Shown: one piece after another, positions 19,619-32,043 of the stretch
How positions within the stretch are numbered: the first letter of the stretch is position 1
Layout of the letters: each line of letters opens with the position of its first letter
Assembly (NCBI RefSeq): GCF_041886205.1
Contig: NZ_CP169029.1
Strand: one strand, 5' to 3'
DNA from: Escherichia coli
Lineage (GTDB): Bacteria > Pseudomonadota > Gammaproteobacteria > Enterobacterales > Enterobacteriaceae
Length of the DNA: 64,000 nucleotides
The notes under the pieces: model-generated
Told to the model about the DNA's origin: nothing
What the model saw: the letters and a program-made list of their open reading frames with translations, nothing else
Databases searched by the model: none
Position numbers and translations under genes: made by a program

Positions 19619-21274
19619 ATGGAATTTTCGTTTTCACCCAAACTTCTTGTTGTTGCTGTCGCCGCCGCTCTTCCTCTCATGGCCAGCGCAGCTGATACCC
19701 CGTCAACTGCCACCGCACGCAAAGGCTTTGCCGGATACGATCACCCAAACCAGTATCTGGTTAAACCGGCGACCACTATTGCCGACAACATGATGCCAGT
19801 AATGCAGCATCCGGCGCAGGATAAAGAAACCCAGCAGAAGCTGGCAGAACTTGAGAAAAAAACCGGTAAGAAGCCCAACGTAGTGATCTTTCTTCTGGAT
19901 GACGTGGGCTGGATGGACGTCGGCTTTAACGGCGGCGGCGTGGCAGTGGGTAACCCTACACCAGATATCGACGCCGTTGCCAGCCAGGGGCTGATTTTAA
20001 CTTCGGCGTATTCTCAACCAAGCTCTTCCCCAACCCGCGCCACCATTCTCACCGGACAATACTCCATCCACCACGGCATTCTGATGCCGCCAATGTACGG
20101 GCAACCGGGCGGGCTGCATGGGTTAACCACGCTGCCGCAGTTGCTGCACGATCAGGGCTACGTCACTCAGGCCATCGGGAAATGGCATATGGGAGAAAAC
20201 AAAGAGTCGCAGCCGCAGAACGTTGGCTTTGATGATTTCCGTGGCTTTAACTCGGTGTCTGATATGTACACCGAATGGCGCGACGTTCACGTAAACCCGG
20301 AAGTGGCCCTGAGTCCGGACCGTTCTGAATACATCAAGCAATTACCGTTCAGCAAAGATGACGTTCATGCAGTGCGCGGCGGCGAACAACAGGCCATTGC
20401 CGACATTACGCCGAAATATATGGAAGATCTGGATCAACGCTGGATGGACTATGGCGTTAAGTTCCTCGACAAGATGGCGAAGAGCGATAAGCCTTTCTTC
20501 CTCTATTACGGCACTCGCGGCTGTCACTTCGATAACTACCCGAACGCCAAATATGCGGGTAGCTCTCCGGCGCGCACCTCTTACGGCGACTGCATGGTGG
20601 AGATGAACGATGTGTTCGCTAATCTGTATAAAACACTGGAGAAAAACGGTCAGCTTGATAACACGCTGATCGTCTTTACCTCCGATAACGGACCGGAAGC
20701 CGAAGTACCGCCGCACGGACGCACACCGTTCCGTGGTGCGAAAGGTTCGACCTGGGAAGGCGGCGTTCGCGTACCGACTTTCGTTTACTGGAAAGGGATG
20801 ATCCAACCGCGTAAATCTGACGGTATTGTCGATCTGGCAGATCTCTTCCCTACCGCGCTGGATCTGGCAGGGCATCCTGGAGCGAAAGTGGCGAATTTAG
20901 TGCCGAAAACCACCTTTATCGATGGTGTGGACCAGACATCCTTCTTCCTGGGAACAAATGGTCAGTCTAACCGTAAGGCCGAGCACTACTTCCTCAACGG
21001 TAAACTCGCTGCTGTGCGTATGGATGAGTTCAAGTATCACGTCCTGATTCAGCAACCTTACGCTTATACCCAGAGCGGATATCAGGGTGGATTCACCGGC
21101 ACAGTAATGCAAACGGCGGGATCGTCGGTGTTTAACCTGTACACCGATCCGCAGGAAAGCGACTCTATCGGCGTGCGCCATATTCCGATGGGTGTACCGC
21201 TACAGACCGAAATGCACGCATATATGGAGATCCTGAAAAAATATCCACCACGCGCGCAGATTAAATCTGATTAA
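19619..21274 (+). CDS. aslA: Arylsulfatase AslA (Ser-type sulfatase, S-x-P-x-R motif), periplasmic
   Basis: 551 aa; signal peptide; sulfatase signature [13 protein letters not shown] around nt 20027-20045. Confidence 0.9.
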   Translation: MEFSFSPKLLVVAVAAALPLMASAADTPSTATARKGFAGYDHPNQYLVKPATTIADNMMPVMQHPAQDKETQQKLAELEKKTGKKPNVVIFLLDDVGWMDVGFNGGGVAVGNPTPDIDAVASQGLILTSAYSQPSSSPTRATILTGQYSIHHGILMPPMYGQPGGLHGLTTLPQLLHDQGYVTQAIGKWHMGENKESQPQNVGFDDFRGFNSVSDMYTEWRDVHVNPEVALSPDRSEYIKQLPFSKDDVHAVRGGEQQAIADITPKYMEDLDQRWMDYGVKFLDKMAKSDKPFFLYYGTRGCHFDNYPNAKYAGSSPARTSYGDCMVEMNDVFANLYKTLEKNGQLDNTLIVFTSDNGPEAEVPPHGRTPFRGAKGSTWEGGVRVPTFVYWKGMIQPRKSDGIVDLADLFPTALDLAGHPGAKVANLVPKTTFIDGVDQTSFFLGTNGQSNRKAEHYFLNGKLAAVRMDEFKYHVLIQQPYAYTQSGYQGGFTGTVMQTAGSSVFNLYTDPQESDSIGVRHIPMGVPLQTEMHAYMEILKKYPPRAQIKSD

Positions 21275-21310
21275 GCCGGCGCTATCGCTACATCGGGCCA
21301 CACTGACCTT

Positions 21311-21415
21311 GCCGGATGCGATGCTGACGCATCTTATCCGGCCTACAGAACGTTGCAATTTATTGAATTTGCAAGGATTGTAGGCCGGATAAGGCGTTCA
21401 CGCCGCATCCGGCAA
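21311..21415. repeat. RIP/BIME-type element (REP - IHF-like core cgttgcaatttattgaat - REP) between convergent aslA and aslB
   Basis: Near-identical to the element at 2784-2890. Confidence 0.8.
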
Positions 21416-21439
21416 TCAACCGCAGGCGGCCGCCGATTT

Positions 21440-22675
21440 CTACTTACTCACCACCAGCAAATGCGCCTGCATAATGTCGCTGGCCGGGCGACCGTGCGCC
21501 AGCAAATCAGCCATTGCTTTAAGATATGGCGGTAGATGGCGGAAATAACGCTGATATCCGGCACACAAATAATTCAGCCCCGGTTTGCCGCTGGCATCGA
21601 GCATGAAGCGGTGTTTCGGGCAGCCTCCCCAACATGCTTTTAACACGTTACAACTGCGACACTGCGCCGGTAACTGCTTAAATTTATCTTCACCAAACAC
21701 CTGCTGTTGCGGGGAATCGATCATTTCTGCAATTGTTTGCTGGTGCATATTCCCCAGCCGATATTGCGGATAAACATAGTGATCGCAGGCGTAAACGTCG
21801 CCGTTGTGCTCAACAATCACCGAGCGCCCACAGGTTGGCTGATGATGGCAAACCGCACCCGGCGCACCGACAAAATTGGCAAACGCCCATTCGATATTCA
21901 TCACGAAAATCTTGCCGACGTCGCGTTTGATCCAGTGGTCGAATATCGCCACCAGAAACTCACCGAACTCCTCGGGGCGCACCGACCATTCCGTTAGCTC
22001 ACCCTGAATATCACCAGGCGCATGTAACTTAAGTCCATCGCGGGCAGCTGTTTCATCAGCCAGGCGCTCGACCACCGGAATAAACTGGATGAATTCGACT
22101 CCCACATCGCACAAAAAATCATATACCTGCAACGGTTGCTGCGCGCTGGTGCGATTAACGCAGACCAGCACGTTATAGTCGACATGATGCTTTTGCAGCA
22201 GCTTCAAGGCACGCATCACCAGTTTATGCGTGGGTCTGCCGCCTTTGGTCACGCGATATTGATTGTGGATCTCAGCCGGACCATCCAGCGATAACCCAAC
22301 AAGAAAATGATTTTCTGCCAGAAATGCACACCATTCATCATCGAGCAGCACGCCGTTAGTCTGGAAGCTGTTACTTATCTTCCTGCCAGCACCATATTTC
22401 GCCTGTAGCGCCACGGCACGGCGGTAAAAATCCAGCCCGAGTAACGTTGGTTCGCCGCCCTGCCAGGTAAAAGCCACTTCGTTTTGGGTTTCGCTGGCGG
22501 CGATATAGTGACGGACATACGCTTCCAGCGTGTCATCGTCCATATGCGTGACTGGCTTTTCGCGGTAAATGGATTGTTTTTCGAGATAAAAACAGTAGTC
22601 ACAGTTCAGATTACAATCGGAACCGCTCGGTTTCGCCATCACATGAAAAGCACGCGTTGGAATCTGTTGCAGCAT
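21440..22675 (-). CDS. aslB: Anaerobic sulfatase-maturating enzyme homolog AslB (radical SAM)
   Basis: Translation MLQQIPTRAFHVMAKPSGSDCNLNCDYCFY (CxxxCxxC radical SAM motif) plus C-terminal Cys clusters; 411 aa. Confidence 0.9.
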   Translation of the reverse strand: MLQQIPTRAFHVMAKPSGSDCNLNCDYCFYLEKQSIYREKPVTHMDDDTLEAYVRHYIAASETQNEVAFTWQGGEPTLLGLDFYRRAVALQAKYGAGRKISNSFQTNGVLLDDEWCAFLAENHFLVGLSLDGPAEIHNQYRVTKGGRPTHKLVMRALKLLQKHHVDYNVLVCVNRTSAQQPLQVYDFLCDVGVEFIQFIPVVERLADETAARDGLKLHAPGDIQGELTEWSVRPEEFGEFLVAIFDHWIKRDVGKIFVMNIEWAFANFVGAPGAVCHHQPTCGRSVIVEHNGDVYACDHYVYPQYRLGNMHQQTIAEMIDSPQQQVFGEDKFKQLPAQCRSCNVLKACWGGCPKHRFMLDASGKPGLNYLCAGYQRYFRHLPPYLKAMADLLAHGRPASDIMQAHLLVVSK

Positions 22676-22789
22676 GGTCGCTCCTTGCCTGAAGTCATCC
22701 TTCAATACGTTAAGGGCGAAATCATACCGTGGGACAATGAGTTATTACGGGCGTTTATTGCGAAGGGAGAGTGACGAAATGCACAGAAA

Positions 22790-22822
22790 ACAAAAAACCC
22801 CGCCGAAGCGGGGTTCAAAATT
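22790..22822 (-). terminator. Intrinsic terminator after proM (hairpin ccccgcttcggcgggg + U-run on minus strand)
   Basis: GC stem with tetraloop followed by T-run when read on minus strand. Confidence 0.7.
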
Positions 22823-22899
22823 GGTCGGCGAGAGAGGATTCGAACCTCCGACCCACTGGTCCCAAACCAGTTGCGCTACCAAGCTGCGCTACTCGCCGA
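22823..22899 (-). tRNA. proM: tRNA-Pro (anticodon UGG)
   Basis: Minus strand reads TCGGCGAGTAGCGCAGCTTGGTAGCGCAACTGGTTTGGGACC...CCA-end; cloverleaf and anticodon loop identified. Confidence 0.9.
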
Positions 22900-22940
22900 A
22901 ATACTGCTTTTTGAATTTTTAGTTCAATTCTTTAAAGTCG

Positions 22941-23027
22941 TGGTGCGAGGGGGGGGACTTGAACCCCCACGTCCGTAAGGACACTAACACCTGAAGCTAG
23001 CGCGTCTACCAATTCCGCCACCTTCGC
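22941..23027 (-). tRNA. leuT: tRNA-Leu (anticodon CAG), long variable arm
   Basis: Minus strand GCGAAGGTGGCGGAATTGGTAGACGCG...CTTCAGGTG...CACCA. Confidence 0.9.
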
Positions 23028-23047
23028 ATTGTCACAACTTCTAATAA

Positions 23048-23124
23048 TGGGGTGGCTAATGGGATTCGAACCCACGACAACTGGAATCACAATCCAGGGC
23101 TCTACCAACTGAGCTATAGCCACC
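23048..23124 (-). tRNA. hisR: tRNA-His (anticodon GUG) with extra 5' G
   Basis: Minus strand GGTGGCTATAGCTCAGTTGGTAGAGC...GATTGTGATTC...CCA. Confidence 0.9.
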
Positions 23125-23181
23125 ACTACAAATCTTGTTACGCGGTATTACTACCACCGCAGCTCAAGCGCCGGGACTAAA

Positions 23182-23258
<77 letters not shown>

Positions 23259-23360
23259 TTAGCGCCGTTGCGGGGGTGGATAATACGGACTTCCCACCCC
23301 TCTGTCTAGTCTCTTTTTAAATAAATTGCGCGTTTGGTTACGGTTTGTGCGTTTTGCTGC

Positions 23361-24746
23361 TTATTCCTCCAGTTTATGTGCTTTACCGTGGCGATTAAGC
23401 CCAAAAACTTTATAAATCGCCGTCACCGCCAGCATAAAGATGATGCCGACAAACAGCGACATACGCGTATCTTCATTAAAGTACATGCCGATCAAAACGC
23501 AAATCAGGAATGCCATTGTTACGTAGTTGGCCCACGGGAACAGGATTGAGCGGAACGGATGGCTGGCAATCGCCGCTTTATGTGCACGCCGAAAACGCAG
23601 CTGGCTTATCAATATCACAAACCATGGCACCATCCCCGGAAGCACGCTGGCACTGTAGACGTAGACAAACACACGCTGCGGATTGGGAATGATGTAGTTC
23701 AGGCATGAGCCAATTAGCAGAATAGCAATAGATACTGCCACACCCGCAACTGGTACGCCGTGACGGGAAACTTTCGCCATCGCCGCCGGTAACTGACGGT
23801 TTTTCGCCAGTGCGTAGAGCATACGTCCGCAACTGTACATGCCGCTGTTACAGCCAGAGAGCGCAGCCGTCAGCACCACAAAGTTGATAATGCCCGCCGC
23901 TGCGGTAATACCGATTTTGGCAAAAGTCAGTACGAACGGGCTGCCGTTGCTGCCAATTTCATTCCACGGGAAGATGGTGACGATAACGAAAATCGCGCCT
24001 ACGTAGAAAATCAGGATCCGCCACAGCACTTTGCCTACGGCACTGCGCAGCGTCACCTGCGGATTCTTCGCTTCACCGGCAGTAATGCCAATCAGCTCCA
24101 CGCCCTGGTAGGACGCCACCACAATACACAGCGCGGTCAGGAACCCTTTCCAGCCACCCGCAAAGAAACCGCCATGCTCTGTGAGATTGCTAAAACCAAT
24201 CGACTGCCCGCCATTGCCAAAGCCAAAGAAAATCACGCCCAGGCCAATGACAATCATCACGATAATCGTGGTGACTTTGATCATCGCGAACCAGAACTCG
24301 ATTTCGCCGTACAACCGCACCGCCGCCAGATTCGCCAACGCCACCAGCGCCACCGCGATCAATGCAGGTATCCACTGCGCCATCTCCGGGAACCAGAACT
24401 GGACATAAACGCCAATGGCGGTGATTTCAGAGATCCCCACCGCCATCCACATAAACCAGTAAGACCAGGCGGTGAGATAGCCAAAGAACGGGCTCATATA
24501 ACGATGCGCATAAACGGCGAACGAACCGGTAACCGGTTCGAGGAACAACATTTCGCCCATTGAACGCATGATGAAAAAGACGAACAGCCCGGCGATGATA
24601 TAGGCCAACAATACGGATGGCCCGGCCCATTTCAGGGTACTGGCGGCCCCCATAAACAGGCCGACGCCAATAGTGCCCCCCAGGGCGATGAGTTCGATAT
24701 GTCGAGCTTCCAGCCCACGCTGTAGCTCTGGTTTGTTATCTGCCAT
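23361..24746 (-). CDS. yifK: APC-family amino acid permease YifK
   Basis: 461 aa, 12 predicted TM segments; N-terminus [24 protein letters not shown] typical of amino acid permeases. Confidence 0.9.
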
Positions 24747-24936
24747 AAATCCTCGTGTTGTGTTTGCATGCTTTCCGGTGTTACCGGTTATCGTTATGGG
24801 TACATCGAGTGTTGCGAATGTTTTCGTAATTCAGGAGAAATGGCAAATAAAGCATTAAAAATTTGAATGCTTTGTGTAATAAAAAGACAGGCAGGCGACG
24901 AAGTGACCACTCCGTCGCTATACAAAGAGAGGAAAA

Positions 24937-25677
24937 TCAGAGATCGCCGGTGTAATGCCAGCGTAAATAACGCAGCAAACGAAGCTGACGCTTAATGCGG
25001 CTCGGCTGCGAAAGCAGGCGGTAGAGCCACTCCAGTCCCAGCGTTTGCCAGATTTTCGGTGCGCGTTTTACGTGACCGGTGAAAACATCGTAAGTCCCGC
25101 CAACGCCCATATACAGCGCATCTGGATGCACCAGACGGCAGTCGCGCATGAAGATCTCCTGCTTTGGCGATCCCATCGCAACGGTGACGATTTGCGCTCC
25201 GCTGGCATGAATGCGTTCAAACAGCGCCTGACGCTGCTCGGGTTTAAAATAACCATCCTGACTGCCAACGATATTCACATTCCATTGGTTGCGCAGTTTA
25301 GCTTCAGTTTGCGCCAGCACTTCAGGTTTACCGCCCACAAGAAATACCGGCGTCCCTTCTTTGCCTGCGCGCGCCATCAGCTCTTCCCAGAGATCGGCAC
25401 CGGCAACGCGGGAAACCTGCGCCTGCGGGTACTTTTTACGTACTGAACGTACAACGCTGATGCCATCCGCATATTTAAATTCGGCAGCGTTAATTAACTC
25501 CCTGACCTCGGCGTTATCTTCAATGGTCAGCATTTTTTCAGCATTAATGGCAACTAGCGTTCCCTGCTTAAGCTGCCCGTCAGCAAACAGATAATCGAGG
25601 GCGTGCTGCATATCACGCCAACCAATCAACTGTAAGCCACGCAGCGTATAGGTCGGTGCCGTGGTGTTGTTATTCAT
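24937..25677 (-). CDS. wecG: ECA biosynthesis: UDP-ManNAcA transferase WecG (RffM)
   Basis: 246 aa; WecB/TagA/CpsF glycosyltransferase family; last gene of ECA cluster. Confidence 0.85.
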   Translation of the reverse strand: MNNNTTAPTYTLRGLQLIGWRDMQHALDYLFADGQLKQGTLVAINAEKMLTIEDNAEVRELINAAEFKYADGISVVRSVRKKYPQAQVSRVAGADLWEELMARAGKEGTPVFLVGGKPEVLAQTEAKLRNQWNVNIVGSQDGYFKPEQRQALFERIHASGAQIVTVAMGSPKQEIFMRDCRLVHPDALYMGVGGTYDVFTGHVKRAPKIWQTLGLEWLYRLLSQPSRIKRQLRLLRYLRWHYTGDL

Positions 25678-25679
25678 TG

Positions 25680-27032
25680 TTATCCTTCAACCTGCGTCCG
25701 GAGCGATGATTTTGTACGTTTATGAATGAGTCCGGCGCTTTCAAAAAGCCAGTACAACAGTTTTGCGATCATCAGACATGCGCCGAAGACCACGATAAAA
25801 AAGACTACGCGTGAGACAAACGAATCCAGCCCTTCACGTGCCAGCACGATCATATTGAAGATCGCCCCAAAGCAGAAACTGTGCAATATCGCAGCCTTAT
25901 AGCGATTAGTCTCGCGGTTGCCCAGCTCATACAGCCAGTCGAACCATTTGATGATCAGTCCAACCACAATCGCCCCGAGCGGGATGAACAACGCGCCGCC
26001 CATCACCACCAGTGAGCCTATAAGCGTAGGCGAGATCGCCAGTCCGGAGTGGTTATTCAGCACTTCCCAGGTAAAGTAGTTGGCTGAGTTCAGCACCATA
26101 CTCGGGCGACCCGGCCACAGCCAGGAAGGGATAAAGACATAGAAATCGCGGACAATTGGAGCCAGGCCCTGGAAGTCGATGTTGTCGTAGTTCTGCAACA
26201 GCAACGCCAGATTCTCCCACGGCGAGAAGGTGTCGCGAGTGAGATAGAGAAATGTATAGAACGCTTCATCGCCGCTCACATTCATTCCATAGCGTTTTAG
26301 CGCCAGCCAGAACATGCCAACAATCCCCAGCACGCCCGCCGCCGCCAGCATCCACAACGAAATCCAGCCGCGAATAATGCCAATAAACAGGAAGATAGCG
26401 AATGCGATGATGATATTAGCGCGAGTGCCGCCGACAATCATATAAGTCAGCAAGCCAAAGGCGACCGTGCTGACGAGGAAAAACAGCCACGCTTTGCTGT
26501 CCTGGCGCAGAAAGTAGACCACCAGCATCGCCGGGATGAAAAAGTAAAAGAAGCGTTTTAACGCCACGCCGGAGACTTCACTGGAGAAGATCTGACTGTA
26601 GGAGTTAAGCCGGAACAGCAAAAAGCCGTTGTGCATGAAGAAGATGCCGACGCTTACCAGCGCGATGCCCATCAGGATCACCCACGTGAGATTGGTCTCC
26701 ACGCGGTTCATGGTAAACAGCGGACGGCGCGGTACATCAGCAACGCGTTTGCGTAGGCGGGTTTTGTAGGTGACATAGTAAACCGCGTAGAAACAGCCCG
26801 CAGAAAGCAACGCCTGCAACAAGATTTCTGGCGGCGCGACACCAACATCAAAGCGAAATACCAGCACGCTGGTCAGTGGGAAGCCGAAGAAAAAGGTGAG
26901 CAAAAACAGCAATGAAAAGAAGACATTGAAGTTAAAGCGCACACGGCGAAACTCAAACCAGGTCAGCGTGGCAATAAACAGCGTGCAGAGCAGCCAGACA
27001 ACAAACAGGCCACTGAATTGCAGCAGACTCAT
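25680..27032 (-). CDS. wzyE: ECA polymerase WzyE
   Basis: 450 aa polytopic membrane protein within ECA cluster. Confidence 0.85.
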
Positions 27033-28108
27033 GCGACCTCCCCGGCGGCAATCGCCAACGCCCGCTGCCAGCCTTGTAGATAGTTAGGGCTAAAGAAGGC
27101 AATGGTGTTTTTATCCACCGACGCCAACTGGCGCTGCGCTTCACGCACAATATCCTCGTTGAGATCGTCGGTAGTAAACAGCACTGGCAAATGCTGTTCC
27201 GTCATATCCTGCCAGAACGGATTTTCCCGGTTAAGCACACAAGGAATGCCCGCCTGAATCAGTAAGCACAGCGTACCAATGCCCTGCTGGCGGGCAAAAA
27301 TAAAGTAACCAAGATCGCACTGACGAAGTAGCGCCAGATAGGCGTCAAATTCCAGTTTTTCGCTCAGAACTTGCAGATTTTCTTCGCTGAATAACTCCAG
27401 CCCCACCTGACGAACTTCCTCGATGTACGCTTCGTTATTAGGCGGATATCCCATCGGCACCACCACTTTTACCATATCGCCAAATTGCTGATGAACGGCG
27501 CGCAAGGCAGCAATATGCTCATTGCTGCGGTCGCCGGAGTTCCCCACCAGAATGGTCATTTTCCCTTCACGTTGCCGAGCGTTCGCCATCGTATTGAGAG
27601 AAGGGTCCATCCGCGTCGGGAAGTACAGCAGTTCGCCCCGCACCTTTGGATGCGTTTTGGCAAAAAAGCTCAAATCGCCGCGGGTGGCAAATACACAGCC
27701 GACTCGCTTTTGCGCCAGGCGACGTAGTGGGTAAAAAAGCTTATATCTCAAACCACTGGAAAGTTCGTACAGGTCTGCCCCCCAGATATGCCAGTAAAAC
27801 TGGCTGGGCTTAATGCCACCATTCAGCAGAGCCAGCCACAGTGTGGGATTGAACTGACCGTGGAAGAAAAAACGCTGCTGACGGTTAGCTTTTGCTTTCG
27901 CGATGACCGCTTCCGCCAGCGATTTTTTCCCAGGGAAAAATTGCACAGAAAGCGCCGGACAGCTATCACTTAAGCCGTCGTCCTTGCCAACAACCATAAA
28001 CTCGCGCGCGTCCTCGCTCGCCGCGGCCAGCGAGTCATTGAAAAACCGCAAAACGGTTCGGTTATGGTGAGGGATATCCGATCCCAGTACGTGAATCAGT
28101 ACAGTCAT
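27029..28108 (-). CDS. wecF: TDP-Fuc4NAc:lipid II transferase WecF (RffT)
   Basis: 359 aa; cluster position between wzxE and wzyE; 4-nt overlaps with both neighbours. Confidence 0.85.
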
Positions 28109-29355
28109 GCCCGCCTACGCCAGAGTAAAAACACGCCACAACAAAGAGAAAAATAGACGATATAGGTTGCCATATAGGCCTGCGCCGCGCCCAGTGCACC
28201 ATGCGCAGGGATTAGCCAGTGGGCAAATACCATCAATAAAGTGAACTGGCTGACTTCCGCCAGAATATAAAACCGCAGTGACGCTTTGGCGATCACCAGA
28301 TAACCAAATACATAAGCGCCCACTTTTAACACATCACCCACCAACTGCCAGGCAAAGAGATCGCGCATAGCGGTAAATTTATTCGACAACAGCAGCCAGA
28401 TAGCAAAATCACGCAGCAACCAGACGGTAAAACTCGCTGCCGCTACTGCCGGTAAGACGAATTTCAGCGATTTAACCACTTCCCGGGTGATATCGCGCTT
28501 TTCCGTTAGCCGCGACAACGTGGGCAGCAAATATACGCTGAACGATGCCGTAATAAATTGCAGGTAGGCATCGGAAATACTGCTCACCCCTTGCCAGATC
28601 CCCACCTCATCCCAGCTATACTGCGCCGCCAGCAGTTTACGCATCATGATGTAAGCAACAGGCAAGGTCACCGACGTAATCAACGCCATGAGCGTAAATT
28701 TGCTCAACTGCCCTGCCAGACCGTTATCCCAGCTGGGTTTCAGATAGCTTAACGGGATGACACCACGTTTGATCAACATGATGGCGGCAGGGATTACCAC
28801 CAGCGCGGGAATCAGCGCCAGACCCAGCAACGCCCCTTCATAACCGCCCAAACGGTAACTGACGTAGTACGCGAGAACGCCAATCAAGCTGCCAACAATC
28901 AGAGATAACGCATTACCTGCGGCATCGCGAAAGCCTTTCATCAGCGCCAGTAACAGGTTGCCCCAGGCGATCCCCATTTGCACCAGCGCCACTAAACGCA
29001 CCAGCCCCTGATAGTCGGTATTACCAAACAATCCCTGGCTGATTGGCGCTGCTGCCAGCACAAAAACCAGCGCCATCAGCGTAGAGAAACCAAGTACCAT
29101 CGCTGATGAAGTGCCGACCACGCGGCGCAGCTGTTGCGGATTATTATGGTACTGGGCAACGTATTTGGTTACACCGTTAAAGATGCCAGCCCCGGCAAGC
29201 ACGCCGAGCACGGTAATCAACTGGCGGAAATTTGCCGCCAGCCCAAGCCCCGCCGGACCAAATGACACCGCCAGCAACTTACCGACCAGTAACCCGGCAC
29301 CAATCTTGACCAGTGTACTGGCCGCCGTCCACAAGGACGCTTTCGCCAACGACAT
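28105..29355 (-). CDS. wzxE: ECA lipid III flippase WzxE
   Basis: 416 aa polytopic membrane protein of the Wzx family; position in cluster. Confidence 0.85.
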   Translation of the reverse strand: MSLAKASLWTAASTLVKIGAGLLVGKLLAVSFGPAGLGLAANFRQLITVLGVLAGAGIFNGVTKYVAQYHNNPQQLRRVVGTSSAMVLGFSTLMALVFVLAAAPISQGLFGNTDYQGLVRLVALVQMGIAWGNLLLALMKGFRDAAGNALSLIVGSLIGVLAYYVSYRLGGYEGALLGLALIPALVVIPAAIMLIKRGVIPLSYLKPSWDNGLAGQLSKFTLMALITSVTLPVAYIMMRKLLAAQYSWDEVGIWQGVSSISDAYLQFITASFSVYLLPTLSRLTEKRDITREVVKSLKFVLPAVAAASFTVWLLRDFAIWLLLSNKFTAMRDLFAWQLVGDVLKVGAYVFGYLVIAKASLRFYILAEVSQFTLLMVFAHWLIPAHGALGAAQAYMATYIVYFSLCCGVFLLWRRRA

Positions 29356-29356
29356 A

Positions 29357-30487
29357 TCAGGAGAAGTAGTTCAACAAAGTCGCAATTACCGTACGCTGAT
29401 TGACGGGCGACAAGTTGTAGAACAGCGGCAGGCGCAGCAGGCGCTCGCTCTCTTTGGTGGTGTAGCGATCTTCACCGTGGAACTCACCAAAGCGTTCCCC
29501 CGCAGGGCAACCGTGCAAAGGAATGTAATGGAACACCGCCATGATTTCCGCTTCTTTCAGAAAGTTAATCAACGCGCTCCGGTCATCAATATCCCGCAGT
29601 TTAATGTAGAACATATGCGCGTTCTGCACGCAGCCATCGGGAATCGACGGCAGCTCGATACGCCCGGCTTTCGCCAGAGGCGCTAACGCATCGTAGTAGT
29701 TTTGCCACAGCGCCAGACGTTGCTGGTTGATACGATCCGCTGCCTCCAGTTGCGCCCACAGGTACGCAGCTTGCAGATCGGACATCAAATAGCTGGAGCC
29801 GATATCTCGCCAGGTATATTTATCGACCTGACCACGGAAGAACTGGCTGCGGTTAGTGCCTTTTTCACGGATGATCTCGGCTCGTTCGATCAACGCTTTA
29901 TCGTTAATCAGCGTCGCGCCGCCTTCACCACCCGCCGTGTAGTTTTTGGTTTCATGGAAGCTAAAGCAGCCAATATGACCAATGGTTCCCAGTGCACGCC
30001 CTTTGTAAGTGGACATCACGCCCTGAGCGGCATCTTCCACCACAAACAGATTATGCTTTTTCGCCAACGCCATAATGGTGTCCATTTCGCAGGCCACGCC
30101 CGCGTAATGCACCGGCACGATAACGCGCGTTTTGTCGGTGATCGCCGCTTCAATCAACGTTTCGTCGATGTTCATGGTGTCCGGGCGAACATCCACAAAA
30201 ACGATTTTTGCGCCACGCAGCACAAAGGCATTGGCGGTGGAGACAAAGGTGTAGCTCGGCATGATCACTTCATCGCCAGGCTGGATATCGAGCAGCAGCG
30301 CCGCCATCTCCAGCGAAGCGGTGCAGGATGGCGTCAGTAACACTTTGGCGCTGCCAAAACGTTGCTCCAGCCACTGCTGGCAGCGACGGGTAAAACCGCC
30401 ATCGCCACACAGTTTGCCGCTACCCATTGCCGACTGCATATAGTCGAGTTCGGTTCCCACCACCGGCGGTGCGTTAAATGGAATCAT
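29357..30487 (-). CDS. wecE: TDP-4-keto-6-deoxy-D-glucose aminotransferase WecE (RffA), PLP-dependent
   Basis: 376 aa DegT/DnrJ/EryC1-family aminotransferase. Confidence 0.9.
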   Translation of the reverse strand: MIPFNAPPVVGTELDYMQSAMGSGKLCGDGGFTRRCQQWLEQRFGSAKVLLTPSCTASLEMAALLLDIQPGDEVIMPSYTFVSTANAFVLRGAKIVFVDVRPDTMNIDETLIEAAITDKTRVIVPVHYAGVACEMDTIMALAKKHNLFVVEDAAQGVMSTYKGRALGTIGHIGCFSFHETKNYTAGGEGGATLINDKALIERAEIIREKGTNRSQFFRGQVDKYTWRDIGSSYLMSDLQAAYLWAQLEAADRINQQRLALWQNYYDALAPLAKAGRIELPSIPDGCVQNAHMFYIKLRDIDDRSALINFLKEAEIMAVFHYIPLHGCPAGERFGEFHGEDRYTTKESERLLRLPLFYNLSPVNQRTVIATLLNYFS

Positions 30488-30491
30488 GTGA

Positions 30492-31166
30492 TCACCTGTA
30501 TAACCAGTACGCGGTGCTTTCTACATTCGCACCACTTTGTATGTATCGTTTAAGCGCGGCGGTGTTGCCCATTTGGGTCGCCACCCGCAAAGTTGTTTTA
30601 CCGCGAGCATACGCCCAGTTTAGCGCCGTTTGCATCAGCTCAGCACCTACACCGCGTCCAGCCAGCAGGCCAATTCGCGCATCTGTCGCATTGAGTTCCC
30701 GTAAAGAGACATAACCGCGAATACCGCCGGACACCGCACGTAAAATCAGACATTGATGATCAAAGGTGCCGCGCACGGCATTTTCAATCCACTGTGCATA
30801 AAAGCGTCTGCTGGCGTCAGGCGCATACCACGGCGCACGAAAACGGCTTTGCGCAAATGCGGCGCTGGCTAACTGACGTAATGCGGGAATATCGGTCTCT
30901 TGTGCCACTACAGCACCACTATCACTGACATTGTTCACGGGTAGTGCCAAATCAACTTCACCTTCTACCAGGGAGAATCCCAGCTGTTGCAGGGCATCCA
31001 GTTCACCCGTATTTGATGCCGCAATTTTGGCCTGCACCCGTGACCACGGCGCTAACACGTCTGGCGTCAGGAGCGGTGCTTCAGACGTAATGCGCACGAT
31101 GGCGCTGTTAACACCAAAGAAGGCGTTTTCCCAGGTTAGTGGCTCAATACTGGCGCGGACGGGCAC
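30492..31166 (-). CDS. wecD: TDP-fucosamine acetyltransferase WecD (RffC), GNAT fold
   Basis: 224 aa; overlaps rffH start; position in cluster. Confidence 0.8.
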   Translation of the reverse strand: MPVRASIEPLTWENAFFGVNSAIVRITSEAPLLTPDVLAPWSRVQAKIAASNTGELDALQQLGFSLVEGEVDLALPVNNVSDSGAVVAQETDIPALRQLASAAFAQSRFRAPWYAPDASRRFYAQWIENAVRGTFDHQCLILRAVSGGIRGYVSLRELNATDARIGLLAGRGVGAELMQTALNWAYARGKTTLRVATQMGNTAALKRYIQSGANVESTAYWLYR

Positions 31167-32025
31167 GAAGTAACTCCAGCAGATATTGGCCGTAGCCAGT
31201 TTTCGCTAATGAACTGGCAGCACGCTTCACACCCTCGTCATCGAGCCAGCCGTTACGCCAGGCGATCTCTTCCAGGCAGGCAATCTTAAAGCCCTGGCGT
31301 TTTTCTACTGTCTGCACAAAGGTACTGGCTTCAATCAGGCTGTCGTGAGTGCCAGTGTCCAGCCAGGCAAATCCGCGCCCGAGCAGTTCAACGGTCAGGT
31401 TGCCCGCCTCGAGGTACATCTGGTTGATGGAGGTAATCTCCAGTTCACCACGCTCCGACGGCTTCACCTGCTTTGCGTACTCCACGACTTTACTGTCGTA
31501 GAAATAAAGCCCGGTCACCGCCCAGTTTGACTTCGGCTGTTTTGGCTTTTCTTCCAGCGAGATAACGCGGAAATTGTCGTCAAACTCCACCACGCCAAAG
31601 CGTTCCGGGTCCATCACCTGATAGCCAAATACCGTCGCCCCTTCCGTGCGCGCCGCAACATGACGCAGCTTCGGACTGAAGCCCTGACCGAAGAAGATGT
31701 TATCGCCCAGCACCAGACAAGAAGGTTCACCGTTGAGGAAGGTTTCACCGATGATAAAGGCCTGCGCCAGACCGTCCGGGCTGGGCTGTTCGGCGTATTC
31801 CAGCTGGATACCGAACTCACTACCATCGCCCAGCAGGCGCTGGAAATAACCTTTATCTTCCGGCGTAGTGATGATGAGAATTTCGCGGATACCGGCCAAC
31901 ATCAGCACCGACAGCGGATAGTAAATCATTGGCTTATCGTAAATCGGCAACAGTTGCTTCGATACGCCGCGCGTAATCGGATGCAATCGGGTGCCGGAAC
32001 CGCCCGCCAGGATAATACCTTTCAT
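31144..32025 (-). CDS. rffH: Glucose-1-phosphate thymidylyltransferase RffH
   Basis: 293 aa; N-terminal [19 protein letters not shown] nucleotidyltransferase motif. Confidence 0.95.
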   Translation of the reverse strand: MKGIILAGGSGTRLHPITRGVSKQLLPIYDKPMIYYPLSVLMLAGIREILIITTPEDKGYFQRLLGDGSEFGIQLEYAEQPSPDGLAQAFIIGETFLNGEPSCLVLGDNIFFGQGFSPKLRHVAARTEGATVFGYQVMDPERFGVVEFDDNFRVISLEEKPKQPKSNWAVTGLYFYDSKVVEYAKQVKPSERGELEITSINQMYLEAGNLTVELLGRGFAWLDTGTHDSLIEASTFVQTVEKRQGFKIACLEEIAWRNGWLDDEGVKRAASSLAKTGYGQYLLELLRARPRQY

Positions 32026-32043
32026 GTTTGCCTCCGCTGAAAA

